From NCBI GenBank assembly GCA_965215885.1, contig CBDCEW010000083.1, positions 6,117-70,116 on the forward strand: a stretch of 64,000 nt of DNA. The letters run 5' to 3'. Origin of the DNA: Candidatus Moanibacter sp. (GTDB lineage Bacteria > Verrucomicrobiota > Verrucomicrobiia > Opitutales > UBA2987). Position 1 is the stretch's first letter. Every line of letters starts with the position of its first letter. Under the pieces are notes generated by a model that saw only the letters and a list, made by a program, of their open reading frames with translations, made no database searches and was not told the DNA's origin. The translations under genes were made by a program, and so were the position numbers. Positions 1-10,543 of the stretch are shown here, piece by piece.

Positions 1-35
1 CGCGGCAATCCACGGATTTGACGGCCCGAAAACCT

Positions 36-66
36 GGATTGCTTCGTCATTCTTCCTCGCAATGAC
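36..66. repeat. Family-B 31-bp module (GGATTGCTTCGTCATTCTTCCTCGCAATGAC)
   Basis: The same module, in either orientation, recurs at 34305-34335, 34580-34609, 34759-34789, 35031-35061 and 48712-48742. Confidence 0.8.
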
Positions 67-227
67 AGGGTTCGTATCTTTCAGCAACGGATTACGCCGA
101 CGTCGTCATTTTTTCATGGCAAGTCCGATTTGCACCTGGTCCGGAAGCCCAAAGATCTGGGGCTCCAGCGAAACCCCGGCACGCCGCGGTTTCGCTTCGT
201 GGCCCGAAGATTTGTAAAATCTCCGGA

Positions 228-1340
228 CTAACGGACCCCCGAGCGCTGGATCTCCTCGGGTTTACGAAGGGAATACTCGAACGCATCGGCTTCTTTAAGC
301 GGGTGCTTCGCGGCCACCACTTCGTCGATATCCACGCCCAAACCGGGAGTATCGGGCACCGGTAAGGCACCGTCCCGCTGTGGCATTGAACCAGGCGCAA
401 CTTCATGCCGCCACGGCACATCGATAGCGGTGTGCTCCATAAAGATGCAATTGGGGATGCTCGCCATTACATGGATATTCGCCATCTGAACGACGGGCCC
501 TACCGATCCCGCATGAGGCGCCACTTTGACCGCATGGGCCTCCGCCATGGCCGAGAGCTTCTTTAATTCCGTAATACCCCCGAGGCGGGTCGTTTCCGGT
601 TGGACGATGTCAACGAGATTACGCGCGAAAACTTCCGCGAAAGCCCATTTCGTCGCGAACCGTTCACCCACTGCCAGGGGGATCGCCACTTTCTCCGCGA
701 CCTTCGCCAGGGCCTCCAGATTTTCGGGAACGACCGGATCTTCAAAGAAAATGGGCCGATACGGTTCACAAGCGCGACCGAGTTGAATCGCCGCCGCGGG
801 CGTAAATTCTGCATGACAATGGACGCCGATTTCGACTTCGTAGCCAACCGCATCGCGCAGCTTCTTCAGGATACCCACTTCAGGAGGACATTTAAAAGCC
901 TTGTAACCCCTGGCCATCAGGTCCTCCGCAGTAGCCGGCGTGCTGGCATGCCCGTAGACCGGGATCCGGTCACGAATCTTACCCCCCAGCAATTCGTATA
1001 CCGGCACCCCCAACGCTTTTCCCTTGATATCCCAAAGGGCCATATCGATGGCGCTGATCGCACCTCCCCTTACCGCTCCGGTTACGCCATGTCCATGGAG
1101 CACGTCGAACAGTTTCAACCAGAGCCGCTCAATTTCGAACGGGTTCTCACCGATCAGGAAGTGCGTCAGTTCATGGATCGCCTTTTCGACAACAACCGGC
1201 CACCCACTCCCCTCACCGACTCCCGTAATCCCTTCGTCGGTAAACACCTTCACAAAGAGCCAGTTCCTGCCCCGTGGACGTTGGACAATCTCGCCCTTTT
1301 GCGCGCTGACAAGATAAGTTTTGACCCTGGTTATCTTCAT
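228..1340 (-). CDS. Enolase-superfamily enzyme (mandelate racemase/muconate-lactonizing family, sugar-acid dehydratase-like)
   Basis: 370-aa ORF with ATG at 1340-1338. The blocks FVKVFTDEGITGVGEG and AISAIDMALWDIKGKALGVPVYELLGG are typical of the MR/MLE N-terminal and barrel domains. Confidence 0.85.
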   Translation of the reverse strand: MKITRVKTYLVSAQKGEIVQRPRGRNWLFVKVFTDEGITGVGEGSGWPVVVEKAIHELTHFLIGENPFEIERLWLKLFDVLHGHGVTGAVRGGAISAIDMALWDIKGKALGVPVYELLGGKIRDRIPVYGHASTPATAEDLMARGYKAFKCPPEVGILKKLRDAVGYEVEIGVHCHAEFTPAAAIQLGRACEPYRPIFFEDPVVPENLEALAKVAEKVAIPLAVGERFATKWAFAEVFARNLVDIVQPETTRLGGITELKKLSAMAEAHAVKVAPHAGSVGPVVQMANIHVMASIPNCIFMEHTAIDVPWRHEVAPGSMPQRDGALPVPDTPGLGVDIDEVVAAKHPLKEADAFEYSLRKPEEIQRSGVR

Positions 1341-1680
1341 GGAGACAGACTAACCCGAAGATTTCACAGATCTTCGAGTTATAAAGCGAAACCGCACTGT
1401 TAGTTTTCTGAGAATAAGAAGGCTAAAAGGGAAGAACAAACTTCCTCTTCCCGTTTTAAAAATCTACACCGTGACGAATTTCGATCTCTAGGAATCGTAA
1501 ATCTGTCCAATCTAACTCTCTGTAATACATAGCTTTTTGGAGGCGGTTTCGCCGGAGTCGGGAAATCTGTGAGATTTCCCGATTAAGCCCGTCGCTGGTC
1601 GGATGACGAGGACTGATACAGGGGTATCCCTTGCTTTTTTCGTGACGAGTCCCTAAGGTTTGGTTGGATTGATTCCGCAC

Positions 1681-2814
1681 ATGCACGGGAAGCCCCAGCT
1701 CATCATCGACGGCCATCTGGATATGGCGTTCAACGCGCTGTTTTACCGTCGCGACCTCACACAGCCGATCTTGGTTCTGCGGGAACGTGAAGGGATCATT
1801 TCTGAAGAAGGAACGCGCCATCCCGATTCCCTGCACGGCCGCAAGGGTCCGGAACAACTTTACTACACGCCGACAGTCGCTCTACCGGACATGCGGCGAG
1901 GTCGTATCGGGATCATGCTCTCAACGATCATGGCACGCGTGCAGAATCCGAGCGTTGAAACCCACAATTCCGTCCGAACCCAAGCCGTCGCCTATGCTCG
2001 CGGACGCTCCCACCTGGCCTACTACGAGGCCTTGGAAAGGGCCGGCGAGATCACCTATGTCAGGAACCGTGCCGATCTCGATGTGTGCGTCCGAACCTGG
2101 GAGACTGCTCAGGACGATACCCCTGTCGGTTTGGTGCTTACGATGGAAAGCGCGGACCCAATCCTCGGCCCAGACAACCTTGAAGAGTGGTGGAAGGGTG
2201 GCGTGCGTTCGGTTGGTCTTACTCACTTCGGAGCCAACACCTACGGTCACGGTACGGGAACAGAAGGTGGCTTATTTCCACCCGCCTACCCTCTCATGGA
2301 CGCAATGCGGGAAACCGATATAGCCATCGACCTGACTCATGCGGCCGATCTCACATTCTGGCAAATACTCGACTACTGGGATGGGCCGGTGCACGCCAGC
2401 CACTGCAACTGCCGAGCGCTGGTCCCCGGACAGAGACACCTCAGCGACGATATGATTGCGGCCATTACAGAGCGCGGCGGCGTCATCGGGTTGGTCTTCG
2501 CCGAGCAAATGTTGAGTCGCGAGTGGAATTTCAATGATCCCGAGACTCATTATGCGAATGCAACCCAACCAATGAAAGCAGTCCTCGAACATATCGAACA
2601 CATCTCCAAAGTGGCTGGAAACACTGACTGCGTCGCTTTCGGGACCGATCTGGACGGCGGATTCGGCCTCGAACTCTCTCCCACCGATTACAACACCATC
2701 GATGATCTCCAAAAGTTCCTCGATATCATGCGGGACGAAGGATACAGCGAGGAAGAGGTGGCCCGTTTTGCCCACGGCAACCTGCTCAGATTCTTCCGCA
2801 ACATCTGGAGGTAG
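1681..2814 (+). CDS. Membrane-dipeptidase family protein (peptidase M19-like)
   Basis: ORF 1660..2814. ATG 1681 is preferred over TTG 1660 because MHGKPQLIIDGHLD parallels the paralog start MPESPPYLIVDGHLD. Conserved blocks are GLTHFGANTYGHGTGTEGGL, DLTHAAD, HASHCNCRAL and FGTDLDGG. Confidence 0.8.
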   Translation: MHGKPQLIIDGHLDMAFNALFYRRDLTQPILVLREREGIISEEGTRHPDSLHGRKGPEQLYYTPTVALPDMRRGRIGIMLSTIMARVQNPSVETHNSVRTQAVAYARGRSHLAYYEALERAGEITYVRNRADLDVCVRTWETAQDDTPVGLVLTMESADPILGPDNLEEWWKGGVRSVGLTHFGANTYGHGTGTEGGLFPPAYPLMDAMRETDIAIDLTHAADLTFWQILDYWDGPVHASHCNCRALVPGQRHLSDDMIAAITERGGVIGLVFAEQMLSREWNFNDPETHYANATQPMKAVLEHIEHISKVAGNTDCVAFGTDLDGGFGLELSPTDYNTIDDLQKFLDIMRDEGYSEEEVARFAHGNLLRFFRNIWR

Positions 2815-2861
2815 GGGAAAAGCAAATTTTGAGGATTTCACTTCCACAATAAGCGCAGATT

Positions 2862-3097
2862 GAACCACGGATGACACGGATCAACACGGATGACAGGTTA
2901 GTTGGGAAGTACTCAATACGCAGAATGTGTAATGTGTAAAAGAGGTTGGTATTCAATAAATTGCAGTCGACAAGGTTCGCGACGAGGTTACCCAAAGGAA
3001 GTAGAAGTTTCTTTCTGCATTCGCGTCCATCTGCGTGCATTTGCGGTTCTCTTCTTCTTTTTGGTTGCGGCTTGGCTGCGCTAGGTAATCCGTGGTT
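2862..3097 (+). repeat. Family-A composite interspersed repeat, copy A1
   Basis: Termini GAACCACGGAT (2862) and ATCCGTGGTT (3097) are inverted. The right part (2940-3097) matches 55948-56160 and 57930-58173. The left part matches the reverse complement of 55345-55444. Confidence 0.8.
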
Positions 3098-3107
3098 ATA
3101 ACTCCGT

Positions 3108-4205
3108 ATGCCTGAATCCCCGCCCTACCTGATCGTTGACGGCCATCTGGACCTGGGCTTTAGCGCCATCCAGATGAACCGGGATCTGACCACTCCGGCG
3201 GCTACCGTTCGGGTCCATGACAGGGACGCCGTGAGGGAGAAGTTTGGCAGCTGCACAGTCACTTTTCCCGAATTGCGCCGAGGGTGCGTGGGCATCGTAT
3301 TCGGAACCGTGATGTCACGCATCGATCCGATGGATCGTTGGACAGGAACCGGCATGTATCACCAGTCTCAATGCTACAGCGTAGGGACCGGTCATTACGC
3401 CTTCTACAAGGCCATGGAAAGGGAGGGCGTGCTGCGGCTTATCTCCTCTTCCGAGGACCTCGATGCCACCATCGAGGCTTGGCAGCAGCCAGCTGCCGAC
3501 ACCCCGATCGGGCTTGTGCTGACTATGGAGAGCGCCGATCCAATACTCGATCCGGATCATGTGCCTCTCTGGTATGAGCGTGGCCTGCGCATGGTCAGCC
3601 TCTCCCACTACGGGGTGAGCTCCTATTGCCACGGAACCGGGACGGAGGGCGGACTTCTCCCCCGTGGGCGGGATTTGCTGCCAGCTCTACAAGAGGCGGG
3701 TATCATCGTCGATCTGACCCACACCACCGACCAGGCCTTCTGGGAGATCATGGAGGCTTACGACGGTCCGGTCGCCGCCTCTCACCACAATTGCCGCGCG
3801 CTCACGCCCGGACAGCGTCAGTTGACCGACGACATGATCAGGGGAATCATCGAGCGGGACGGAGTGATCGGCGCCGCCTTTGACGCCTGGATGCTGGACC
3901 CAAATTGGAATCGCAAGATTCCGGCAAATCGCCAGGCAACCGAGGCGACATTGGCGACCGTGGTCGATCACATCGAGCATGTCTGTGAGCTCGCCGGTAA
4001 CACCCGGCATTCCGGTATCGGCACCGACCTGGACGGGGGTTACGGTCAGGAGCAGTCACCCAGAGATTTAAACACAATTGCTGACCTGCAAAACCTGGTT
4101 ACCGAAATGCAAAGCCGCGGGTTCAAGGATCTCGAAATTCGTGACATCCTTTCTGGAAACTGGATAAGATTCCTTAAGGAGACGTGGGAGTCCTCGCCTG
4201 ATTAG
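3108..4205 (+). CDS. Membrane-dipeptidase family protein (peptidase M19-like), tandem paralog
   Basis: 365-aa ORF collinear with 1681..2814 (DGHLD, SLSHYGVSSYCHGTGTEGGL, DLTHTTD, ASHHNCRAL, GTDLDGG). Confidence 0.8.
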   Translation: MPESPPYLIVDGHLDLGFSAIQMNRDLTTPAATVRVHDRDAVREKFGSCTVTFPELRRGCVGIVFGTVMSRIDPMDRWTGTGMYHQSQCYSVGTGHYAFYKAMEREGVLRLISSSEDLDATIEAWQQPAADTPIGLVLTMESADPILDPDHVPLWYERGLRMVSLSHYGVSSYCHGTGTEGGLLPRGRDLLPALQEAGIIVDLTHTTDQAFWEIMEAYDGPVAASHHNCRALTPGQRQLTDDMIRGIIERDGVIGAAFDAWMLDPNWNRKIPANRQATEATLATVVDHIEHVCELAGNTRHSGIGTDLDGGYGQEQSPRDLNTIADLQNLVTEMQSRGFKDLEIRDILSGNWIRFLKETWESSPD

Positions 4206-4254
4206 CCCGTATATTGCAGGGTATCGACAGTATCTGTTTAGTGTCTTTGAGGCT

Positions 4255-4440
4255 GCCCCGGTCTTGTGCCGGGGTGGCGCACGGTATTCAGCTACAGGTC
4301 CCGACTGGGACAGCAACCCCCCACCCTGGCCTTCTCCCCCTGCCGCAACGTGCGGCAGGGGGAGAAGGCCAGGGTGGGGTCGGTAGTGGGCCGCATTTTC
4401 CAGCACGGAACCAGCACCACCCCGGCGCGAGGCCGGGGGA
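4255..4440. repeat. Family-G element: inverted CCCCGG..CCGGGG termini around a perfect 29-bp-stem hairpin
   Basis: Left end is GCCCCGGTCTTGTGCCGGGGTG and right end is CACCCCGGCGCGAGGCCGGGGGA. The perfect inverted repeat is 4319-4347 / 4351-4379 with a 3-nt loop. A second family member lies at 45165-45344. Confidence 0.75.
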
Positions 4441-4595
4441 GCCAGCAGCGGAAAGGACTCTAAAACTTACCTGCGCTCACGACATCTTGCGAAATGCTGA
4501 CTATTTCTTTGCCCTAACCCAGTTATTTTCCAAAGATCAAGGGTTAAGGAGCGAATCTGCTCCAACAAGGGCAAACGCAAGAAAAGACCAGGCTA

Positions 4596-5498
4596 ATGAA
4601 AAGAATCTCAATCGGAACATGGGCCTACTCGATCGGCCCTTACGAAGATAAACCGGTGCCCTGGGCTGAGGTTCTCTCGGAATTACAGCGCATGCAGTTC
4701 GATGGCGTAGAACTCGGTGGATTCTCAATTCACCCGAATCCGGATAATATGCCGGAGAAGGAACAGCGTCAGGAATGCAAGAAACAACTGGCAGATCATG
4801 GACTTGCCTGGTCCGGGCTGGCGGCAAATTTATGGGACCAGCAATTAATCAACACTTCGGACACCGGCCCCTACGTCGAATGTTTTCGCAAGAATCTGGA
4901 GTTCTGCGTAGATCTCGAAATTCCGGCGCTGCGTGTAGACACAGTACAGCCGCCAACAATTTTTTCCGAGATTGATGAGGATACCGCGCGGGAGCGCGTG
5001 GTTTCGACGTGGAACCGATGCACGCGCGAAGCCGCCGATAGTGGCGTCTACGTCACATGGGAATTTGAGCCGGGCTTCGCCTTCAACAAGCCTACCGATG
5101 TCATTCGCATCTGCGAAGAGGTCGACGACGACAACTTCGGAGTGCAATTCGACACCTGCCACGCATATATGGTCGCGACGGTTGGTGCGCGCCAGCCGGG
5201 CGAAGTTGAGACACTGCCGGGTGGCGCCCTGGAACTCGCACAGAAATTGCGCGGAAAGATCAACCACATTCATCTTATCGATTCGGACGGAACGCTACAC
5301 CACGATGAGACAAGCACTCACGCGCCCATCGGCGAGGGTTTGATCGATTTCGACGCGATGCTGCCGGCTCTGAATGATCAACCCGGCGTCAAACACGACT
5401 GGTGGACGATCGATCTTTGCTTCTGGTCTGATGCCTGGGAGGTGACCGAACGGTGTAAGAAAGCAGTCGACGAATTGAACGCTAAGCACGGGGGCTAA
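4596..5498 (+). CDS. Sugar phosphate isomerase/epimerase (xylose isomerase-like TIM barrel)
   Basis: 300-aa ORF with patterns typical of the AP_endonuc_2/xylose-isomerase-like fold: [24 protein letters not shown] and HIHLIDSDG. Confidence 0.8.
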   Translation: MKRISIGTWAYSIGPYEDKPVPWAEVLSELQRMQFDGVELGGFSIHPNPDNMPEKEQRQECKKQLADHGLAWSGLAANLWDQQLINTSDTGPYVECFRKNLEFCVDLEIPALRVDTVQPPTIFSEIDEDTARERVVSTWNRCTREAADSGVYVTWEFEPGFAFNKPTDVIRICEEVDDDNFGVQFDTCHAYMVATVGARQPGEVETLPGGALELAQKLRGKINHIHLIDSDGTLHHDETSTHAPIGEGLIDFDAMLPALNDQPGVKHDWWTIDLCFWSDAWEVTERCKKAVDELNAKHGG

Positions 5499-5533
5499 CG
5501 GCCTTTGTTGTTCGTTCACAGGCTGCTAGAAAC

Positions 5534-6673
5534 ATGACAAAAAGAAGCTTGAACGTCGGATTGATCGGATACGGTTTTATGGGCCGGGCTCACTCGAACG
5601 CATATTGCAAGGTGAATCACTTCTTCGATTTGGAGACTCGCCCTGTTCTCAAAGCGGCCTGCGCGCGCAAACCCGATCAACTGGCGTCATTTGCCGCGCG
5701 CTGGGGTTGGGAATCCACCGAAAGCGATTGGCGCGCACTGGTCGAGCGCGACGACATCGATGTGATCGACATCTGCTCGCCCAACAATACGCACCACGAC
5801 ATTGTTCTGGCAGCTGCGGAGGCAGGAAAGATGATCCTCTGTGAAAAGCCCCTGGCAATGAATGCCGAAGAGGGCGCCGAGATGGTAGCTGCCGTGAAAA
5901 AAGCCGGGGTACCGAACATGGTATGGTTCAACTACCGGCGCGTGCCGGCCGTCGCCTTTGCCAGGCAACTGGTCGAAGAAGAACGCATCGGCCGTTCCTT
6001 CCACTATCGCGCAAAATATCTCCAGGACTGGACCATCGATCCGGACCTACCCCAGGGCGGCGCCACGCTCTGGCGCTTGGACGCCGAAGTCGCCGGTTCG
6101 GGGGTGACCGGTGACCTTCTGGCACATTCCATCGATACAGCGACCTGGTTGAACGGACCCATTGAATCAGTCAGCGCTACGACCGAGACCTTCATCAAAG
6201 AACGGGCGCTGCAAGATGAACCGGAGACCACCAAACCCGTGACCATCGATGACGCTTGCCTTTTTCTCGCGCGTTTCGCCAATGGTTCGCTGGCCACTTT
6301 CGAATCGACACGCTACGCCCGCGGCCGAAAGAATCAGAACAGCTTCGAATTGAACGGCGATAGAGGCTCGCTCTTCTTCGACCTCGAAGATGCGCACCAG
6401 CTGAAATACTACGACCACGCCGGCGACGGCCACGTCAACGGTTGGCGCACAATTCTCGTCACCGACTCCGACCATCCCTACATGGACAAATGGTGGGTAC
6501 CCGGCTGCGTGCTCGGCTACGAACACACCTTCATAAACGCCCTTGCCGACTTTCTCACCGGTCTCCAAACCGGCGTCCCGGCTCAACCCGACATCGCCTC
6601 CGCTCAAGCCACCCAGCAAGTCTGCGACACCGTTCTCAAATCCGCTAAAACCGGCGCCTGGGAAAGGGTTTGA
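5534..6673 (+). CDS. Gfo/Idh/MocA family NAD(P)-dependent oxidoreductase
   Basis: 379-aa ORF. It has the N-terminal Rossmann motif [19 protein letters not shown] and the EKPLA motif ([10 protein letters not shown]). Confidence 0.85.
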   Translation: MTKRSLNVGLIGYGFMGRAHSNAYCKVNHFFDLETRPVLKAACARKPDQLASFAARWGWESTESDWRALVERDDIDVIDICSPNNTHHDIVLAAAEAGKMILCEKPLAMNAEEGAEMVAAVKKAGVPNMVWFNYRRVPAVAFARQLVEEERIGRSFHYRAKYLQDWTIDPDLPQGGATLWRLDAEVAGSGVTGDLLAHSIDTATWLNGPIESVSATTETFIKERALQDEPETTKPVTIDDACLFLARFANGSLATFESTRYARGRKNQNSFELNGDRGSLFFDLEDAHQLKYYDHAGDGHVNGWRTILVTDSDHPYMDKWWVPGCVLGYEHTFINALADFLTGLQTGVPAQPDIASAQATQQVCDTVLKSAKTGAWERV

Positions 6674-6740
6674 GTTTGGGTCTTATCCAGTCACTTTGAT
6701 AACTTCAGAACTCGCTATCATGCGGGTTGGCGGGCAGGGG

Positions 6741-9044
6741 GCAATCGCAGATACAATTCCCGGCTTTTAAGAGCTAAAGAAAACGGTAGGCTTCATCTTC
6801 GAACCATCAAATTCGAAGAAAAATGGAGAAACCTACCGTCAAAGAAGAGACCTTCTTACAGTGCATCCTTGGAGTGGACAAGGGTAATCCCTCGATCACG
6901 GTCTATCGGGATCTGAGGGAAGGCAAACTGCACGTCTATTACGGGCATGAGCTTTTTGAAGTCGTAGAGGACGATCGGGAGCAAGTTGAATTCAAGCTAT
7001 TGGAGGGGCGCCTCTACAATGCGGGGTTGAAGAAAGGGCGCTTAGAGAAGCAATTTGAGGTTGACCCCAAAACGATGAAGCGGTGGGGGGAGGCGCTTCA
7101 AAGCGGAGATGCCGAGACCTTAGCGCGAGTGCTGGCGGGACGCAGCGCTCATCGCAAATTGACGAGGGAAATCCGGAGTTTTGTGCGGGTGCGCTTCGGG
7201 CAGATCTATGGGGAGAGTCGGTATGGCTACAGCAAGAAGATACGGGGGGAGATCGAGGAGGTGTTCGGAGTTAACCTCAGTGGGGAAACTTTGCGCCCTG
7301 TCTTTAAGGAGCTTAAAGAGGCCCGGGCAAAGGAGGCCGAAGCCGAGAGGGCGCAAAATCGGGAGACTCCCTGGGATTGCCCGGAGGACTCGGGGAGGGA
7401 CGAACAGGAGCAAGAAGCAGAAAATAGCCCCGAAAGCGAAGGGGACAATCGCAAGGGGTCTCCCGATTTTTCGAGGGAGAGCTCCGAAGCGGTGCAATGG
7501 TATCGGCACCTGGGAGTACTTCTGTTCAGTGCCGCGCTCAGAGAAGTCGCTCAGATTGATCGCGAAGAGGGCTGGCTTTTGAAACAATGGGTGGCTTGCG
7601 GGTTGTTGGCCGCGGTCAATATCGAGCAGAGCAAACTGCTCGATCTCGAAGACCTGCAAAAACTCATCGGGCGAGTCCTGTATACCCCCTATCTGCAACG
7701 CCAAAGCCTTAGCGCCCTGGCCGATGAAGGGCTTTTAAGAGAGATCCTCAGAGTGAACGCGAGGGGCCTGAATGCTTCGGATGAAGAGAGCTTTTATTAT
7801 GATCCGCACACCAAACATTACACCGGAATGAGCAAGGTGCTGGCGGGATGGTGTCCGGGTATCCGTCTGGCCGACAAAGCGCTCCACAGCGATTTTATTC
7901 ATACCCTCAAGGGCTATCCGATCTATTTTGCGAGCACTGACAACTATGAGGATATAAGGGAACGGTTTATCCCCAACTGCGAAGCGATGCTCGAGCTGGT
8001 GCAGTTGCCGGCTGATAAGAAGGTGAGCATTTACGTGGACCGGGCGATCGCCGCGGAGTGGTTTTACGAAGCCATCGTGGAGCACCCTCAACTCGAAATC
8101 ATTACCTGGGAAAAAGGTTACAAGGCCAGCGCCCAGCCCCTCCAACGGATCGACGGGCAGTTGCGCCTGCAGCGCGCGCGCAACCATGCCGAAGATCTCC
8201 AGGAGTATCATCTTCGCTATCAGCGGGGCCCCTGGAAGAAAAATCCTCAACTGGTGCAGTGGATCGTGGAGGCGACCAATCCAAAAAATCGAACCATTAC
8301 CGTGAGCATCCTGGCGACCGATCAGCAGGCCCGAAATGAAGAGGTAATCAAAGGGATGTTCAGTCGCTGGATTCAGGAGAATGACTTCAAATACCTCGAT
8401 AAGCACTTTGGGATTAATCAGATCACCTCTTATCGCACCGTCCACTACAAGCGATTAGCCCAACACCTTGAGGACAAGCAGGAGAAAAGCGGTGCCGCCA
8501 AAGCCCTCCTGAAGCAAAAACAGCAATGCACCGAAGAATTGAAAAGACTGCTCCTGGCCGAGCATGCCCACCCGGGCAAAAGCGCCTCAAGGGGCGAAAA
8601 GATCCGTCGACTCGATCAGGCCCTCAAAGCCCTCCAACTCGAACTGGAGCAAATCGACACCGAATGCTCGAGGCTGCAGCGCCTCATTGATGAAAACTAT
8701 GTCCGCCTGGACACCGCTAACAAGTCCCTCATGGATGCCTTGAAAATCTTCGCCCGTAACAGCTTCTACAAGCAGCTCGAACCCTTTAAAGCTCGCTACA
8801 ACAACTATCGTGACGACCACGATCTGTTTCGCAATTTGACTCACAGTGACGGCGTTCTTATAGAGAGGGGCTGTGCGGTCGAAGCGCATTTATTCCCCAC
8901 CGCAACTTATCCCCCTCGGGTGCAGGCGGTGGTGCTTGAGTATCTGCAAACTCTCAATCAGAAGCCCTTACTGATGCCCGACGGTTCAGGCCGAAGAATC
9001 ATCTTCCGACTGGGCAAAAAATCGGGATTTAAACTTGCGATTGC
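6741..9044 (+). mobile_element. Putative IS carrying the 741-aa transposase (boundaries tentative)
   Basis: Imperfect inverted repeat: GCAATCGCAGATACAATTCCC (6741-6761) matches the reverse complement of 9024-9044 (GCAATCGCAAGTTTAAATCCC) at 16/21 positions. No target-site duplication was recognised. Confidence 0.3.
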
Positions 9045-9048
9045 ATAG
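6823..9048 (+). CDS. Large DDE transposase (IS4/IS1634-like signature)
   Basis: 741-aa ORF. Candidate catalytic blocks are FYYDPHTKHYTG, SIYVDRAIAAEWF and FSRWIQENDFKYLDKHFG (an RW-x-IE-x-x-F-K-type motif). It has an acidic low-complexity linker and a long helical C-terminal region. Confidence 0.65.
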   Translation: MEKPTVKEETFLQCILGVDKGNPSITVYRDLREGKLHVYYGHELFEVVEDDREQVEFKLLEGRLYNAGLKKGRLEKQFEVDPKTMKRWGEALQSGDAETLARVLAGRSAHRKLTREIRSFVRVRFGQIYGESRYGYSKKIRGEIEEVFGVNLSGETLRPVFKELKEARAKEAEAERAQNRETPWDCPEDSGRDEQEQEAENSPESEGDNRKGSPDFSRESSEAVQWYRHLGVLLFSAALREVAQIDREEGWLLKQWVACGLLAAVNIEQSKLLDLEDLQKLIGRVLYTPYLQRQSLSALADEGLLREILRVNARGLNASDEESFYYDPHTKHYTGMSKVLAGWCPGIRLADKALHSDFIHTLKGYPIYFASTDNYEDIRERFIPNCEAMLELVQLPADKKVSIYVDRAIAAEWFYEAIVEHPQLEIITWEKGYKASAQPLQRIDGQLRLQRARNHAEDLQEYHLRYQRGPWKKNPQLVQWIVEATNPKNRTITVSILATDQQARNEEVIKGMFSRWIQENDFKYLDKHFGINQITSYRTVHYKRLAQHLEDKQEKSGAAKALLKQKQQCTEELKRLLLAEHAHPGKSASRGEKIRRLDQALKALQLELEQIDTECSRLQRLIDENYVRLDTANKSLMDALKIFARNSFYKQLEPFKARYNNYRDDHDLFRNLTHSDGVLIERGCAVEAHLFPTATYPPRVQAVVLEYLQTLNQKPLLMPDGSGRRIIFRLGKKSGFKLAIA

Positions 9049-9186
9049 TGCCTTTAGAGGGGCAATATAGTGAGGTCTGAACCTCTGTAAATGACTTTGT
9101 AGCGAGTATTTAAATCACAGCGAATTCAGCGACACAGAGCATCACAGAGAAGCACCGAGCATCACGGAGGATGTTACTTAAAAAGG

Positions 9187-9365
9187 GATCGAATTGGTAG
9201 GAGTCGATTTCGCCTGCTCTGACGTTCGGCAGAGTGGGAAACGGTAAGAGAAGCATTTACGAGAGCATTTTCTTTCAATTCGATCTCAGATAACGCTCTC
9301 GTAAATGCTTCTCTAACCGTTACAATCGCGCTCCGCGCGAGGCGAAGTCGACTCCTACCTCGATC
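9187..9365. repeat. 179-bp nested palindrome (foldback element)
   Basis: Outer arms are GATCGAATTGGTAGGAGTCGATTTCGCC (9187-9214) and GGCGAAGTCGACTCCTACCTCGATC (9341-9365). Inner arms are 9238-9266 and 9295-9323 (GAAACGGTAAGAGAAGCATTTACGAGAGC and its complement). Two small side hairpins lie between them. Confidence 0.75.
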
Positions 9366-9512
9366 TATTGTACGTTCATTTTCCTGCTTTCCTGCTTTCC
9401 TTATTCAATCTCAGTGTGCCTCAGTGGTTCTCTGTGCCGCTCTGTGACCCCTCTTTTGAAGTCGGACCATTAATATGTTGTATCGAAAAGTACCCCAAAG
9501 GAGTATTAATCA

Positions 9513-10355
9513 ATGAAAACCGGAATGAACCTGCTGCTCTGGACCCCAGTGGTCACGGAAGAGCATCTTGGGCTGATCGAAGACATCAAGGATTGGGGTT
9601 TCGAAGGAGTGGAGTTTCCCATGTTCGATCCCGACGCCTCCCCATGGGCGAAGCTGGCGGAGAATTTAGATGGGTTGGGTTTGGGCCGCACAGCATGCAC
9701 CATCATGCCAGAAGGCGCTAACCTGATCGGTGAAAGCGTCGAGGAGCGTGAAGCCGGCGTGAGGCACTTGAAGCGCTGTATCGACAGCCTGGCGACGTTG
9801 GGCGGGGAGATTCTCCTTGGCCCATTGCACAGCCCTTGCGGGCGCCTCGTAGGTCGCGGCTCCAACGACGACGAATGGAAATGGTGCGTTGAGGGTCTGC
9901 GAGCCGCCGGTGAACACGCTCAAGGCTCCGGAATTATCCTGGCCCTCGAAGGTCTAAACCGTTTCGAGACCTATATGATCAATTGCCAGGCTGATCTGTC
10001 GCGCATGACCGATGAAATCGGTTTGGACAACGTAGGGCAAATGTATGACACCTTCCATGCCAACATCGAAGAGAAGGATATCGCGGAAGCCATTCGCACC
10101 GGCGGATCGCGCATCCGAACCGTGCACATCTCCGCTAACGACCGCGCCACGCCTGGTGAGGATCACATCGACTGGTCGACGACTTTCGCGACACTCAAGG
10201 AAATCGGTTACGACGGATGGCTGACGATCGAATCGTTTGGCAAAGCTCTGCCCGAAGTGGCCGCGGCAACTTGCATCTGGCGTTCAATGGCGCCGAGCGA
10301 GGAGCATGTCTCCCGCGAAGGATTGAAGATGATTCAATCGTTGTGGAATGATTGA
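9513..10355 (+). CDS. Sugar phosphate isomerase/epimerase, ketose 3-epimerase-like
   Basis: 280-aa ORF with an AAAGGAG RBS at 9497-9503. Supporting blocks are GFEGVEF, LALEGLNRFETY, DTFHANIEE and GWLTIESF. Confidence 0.85.
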   Translation: MKTGMNLLLWTPVVTEEHLGLIEDIKDWGFEGVEFPMFDPDASPWAKLAENLDGLGLGRTACTIMPEGANLIGESVEEREAGVRHLKRCIDSLATLGGEILLGPLHSPCGRLVGRGSNDDEWKWCVEGLRAAGEHAQGSGIILALEGLNRFETYMINCQADLSRMTDEIGLDNVGQMYDTFHANIEEKDIAEAIRTGGSRIRTVHISANDRATPGEDHIDWSTTFATLKEIGYDGWLTIESFGKALPEVAAATCIWRSMAPSEEHVSREGLKMIQSLWND

Positions 10356-10543
10356 CCGTGGTGCCGCCTCGCCGGATTCTGATGAAAAGTTGAAGCGAGG
10401 TCAGAGGTGCTGAACGGAAAACGGTCCAGCTACTAAAATTTCGCATGTCGATGATAGGGGTAGCCGGACCCCGGCAAGCCGGGGTTCGGTCTCGTGCGAA
10501 GGCTTCGTAGAGGAACGCGGGGGCGTTTCTAAGTATCGGCAGC

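Noticed and set aside
600-1403. 267-aa plus-strand ORF (and 526..786, 1024..1317) opposite the enolase-family gene
   Set aside because: It lies entirely antisense to a gene with clear family motifs. The product is Arg/Pro/Ser-rich low-complexity sequence typical of shadow ORFs in GC-rich DNA.
2902-3084. Small ORFs with similar peptides inside family-A repeats (2902..3084, 55063..55404, 55954..56145, 57921..58160; for example ...FCIRVHLR...LVAA.LR)
   Set aside because: The similarity is at the nucleotide level and occurs in both orientations. It is broken by indels and a nested palindrome, and there is no RBS. These are repeat-derived pseudo-ORFs, not a protein family.
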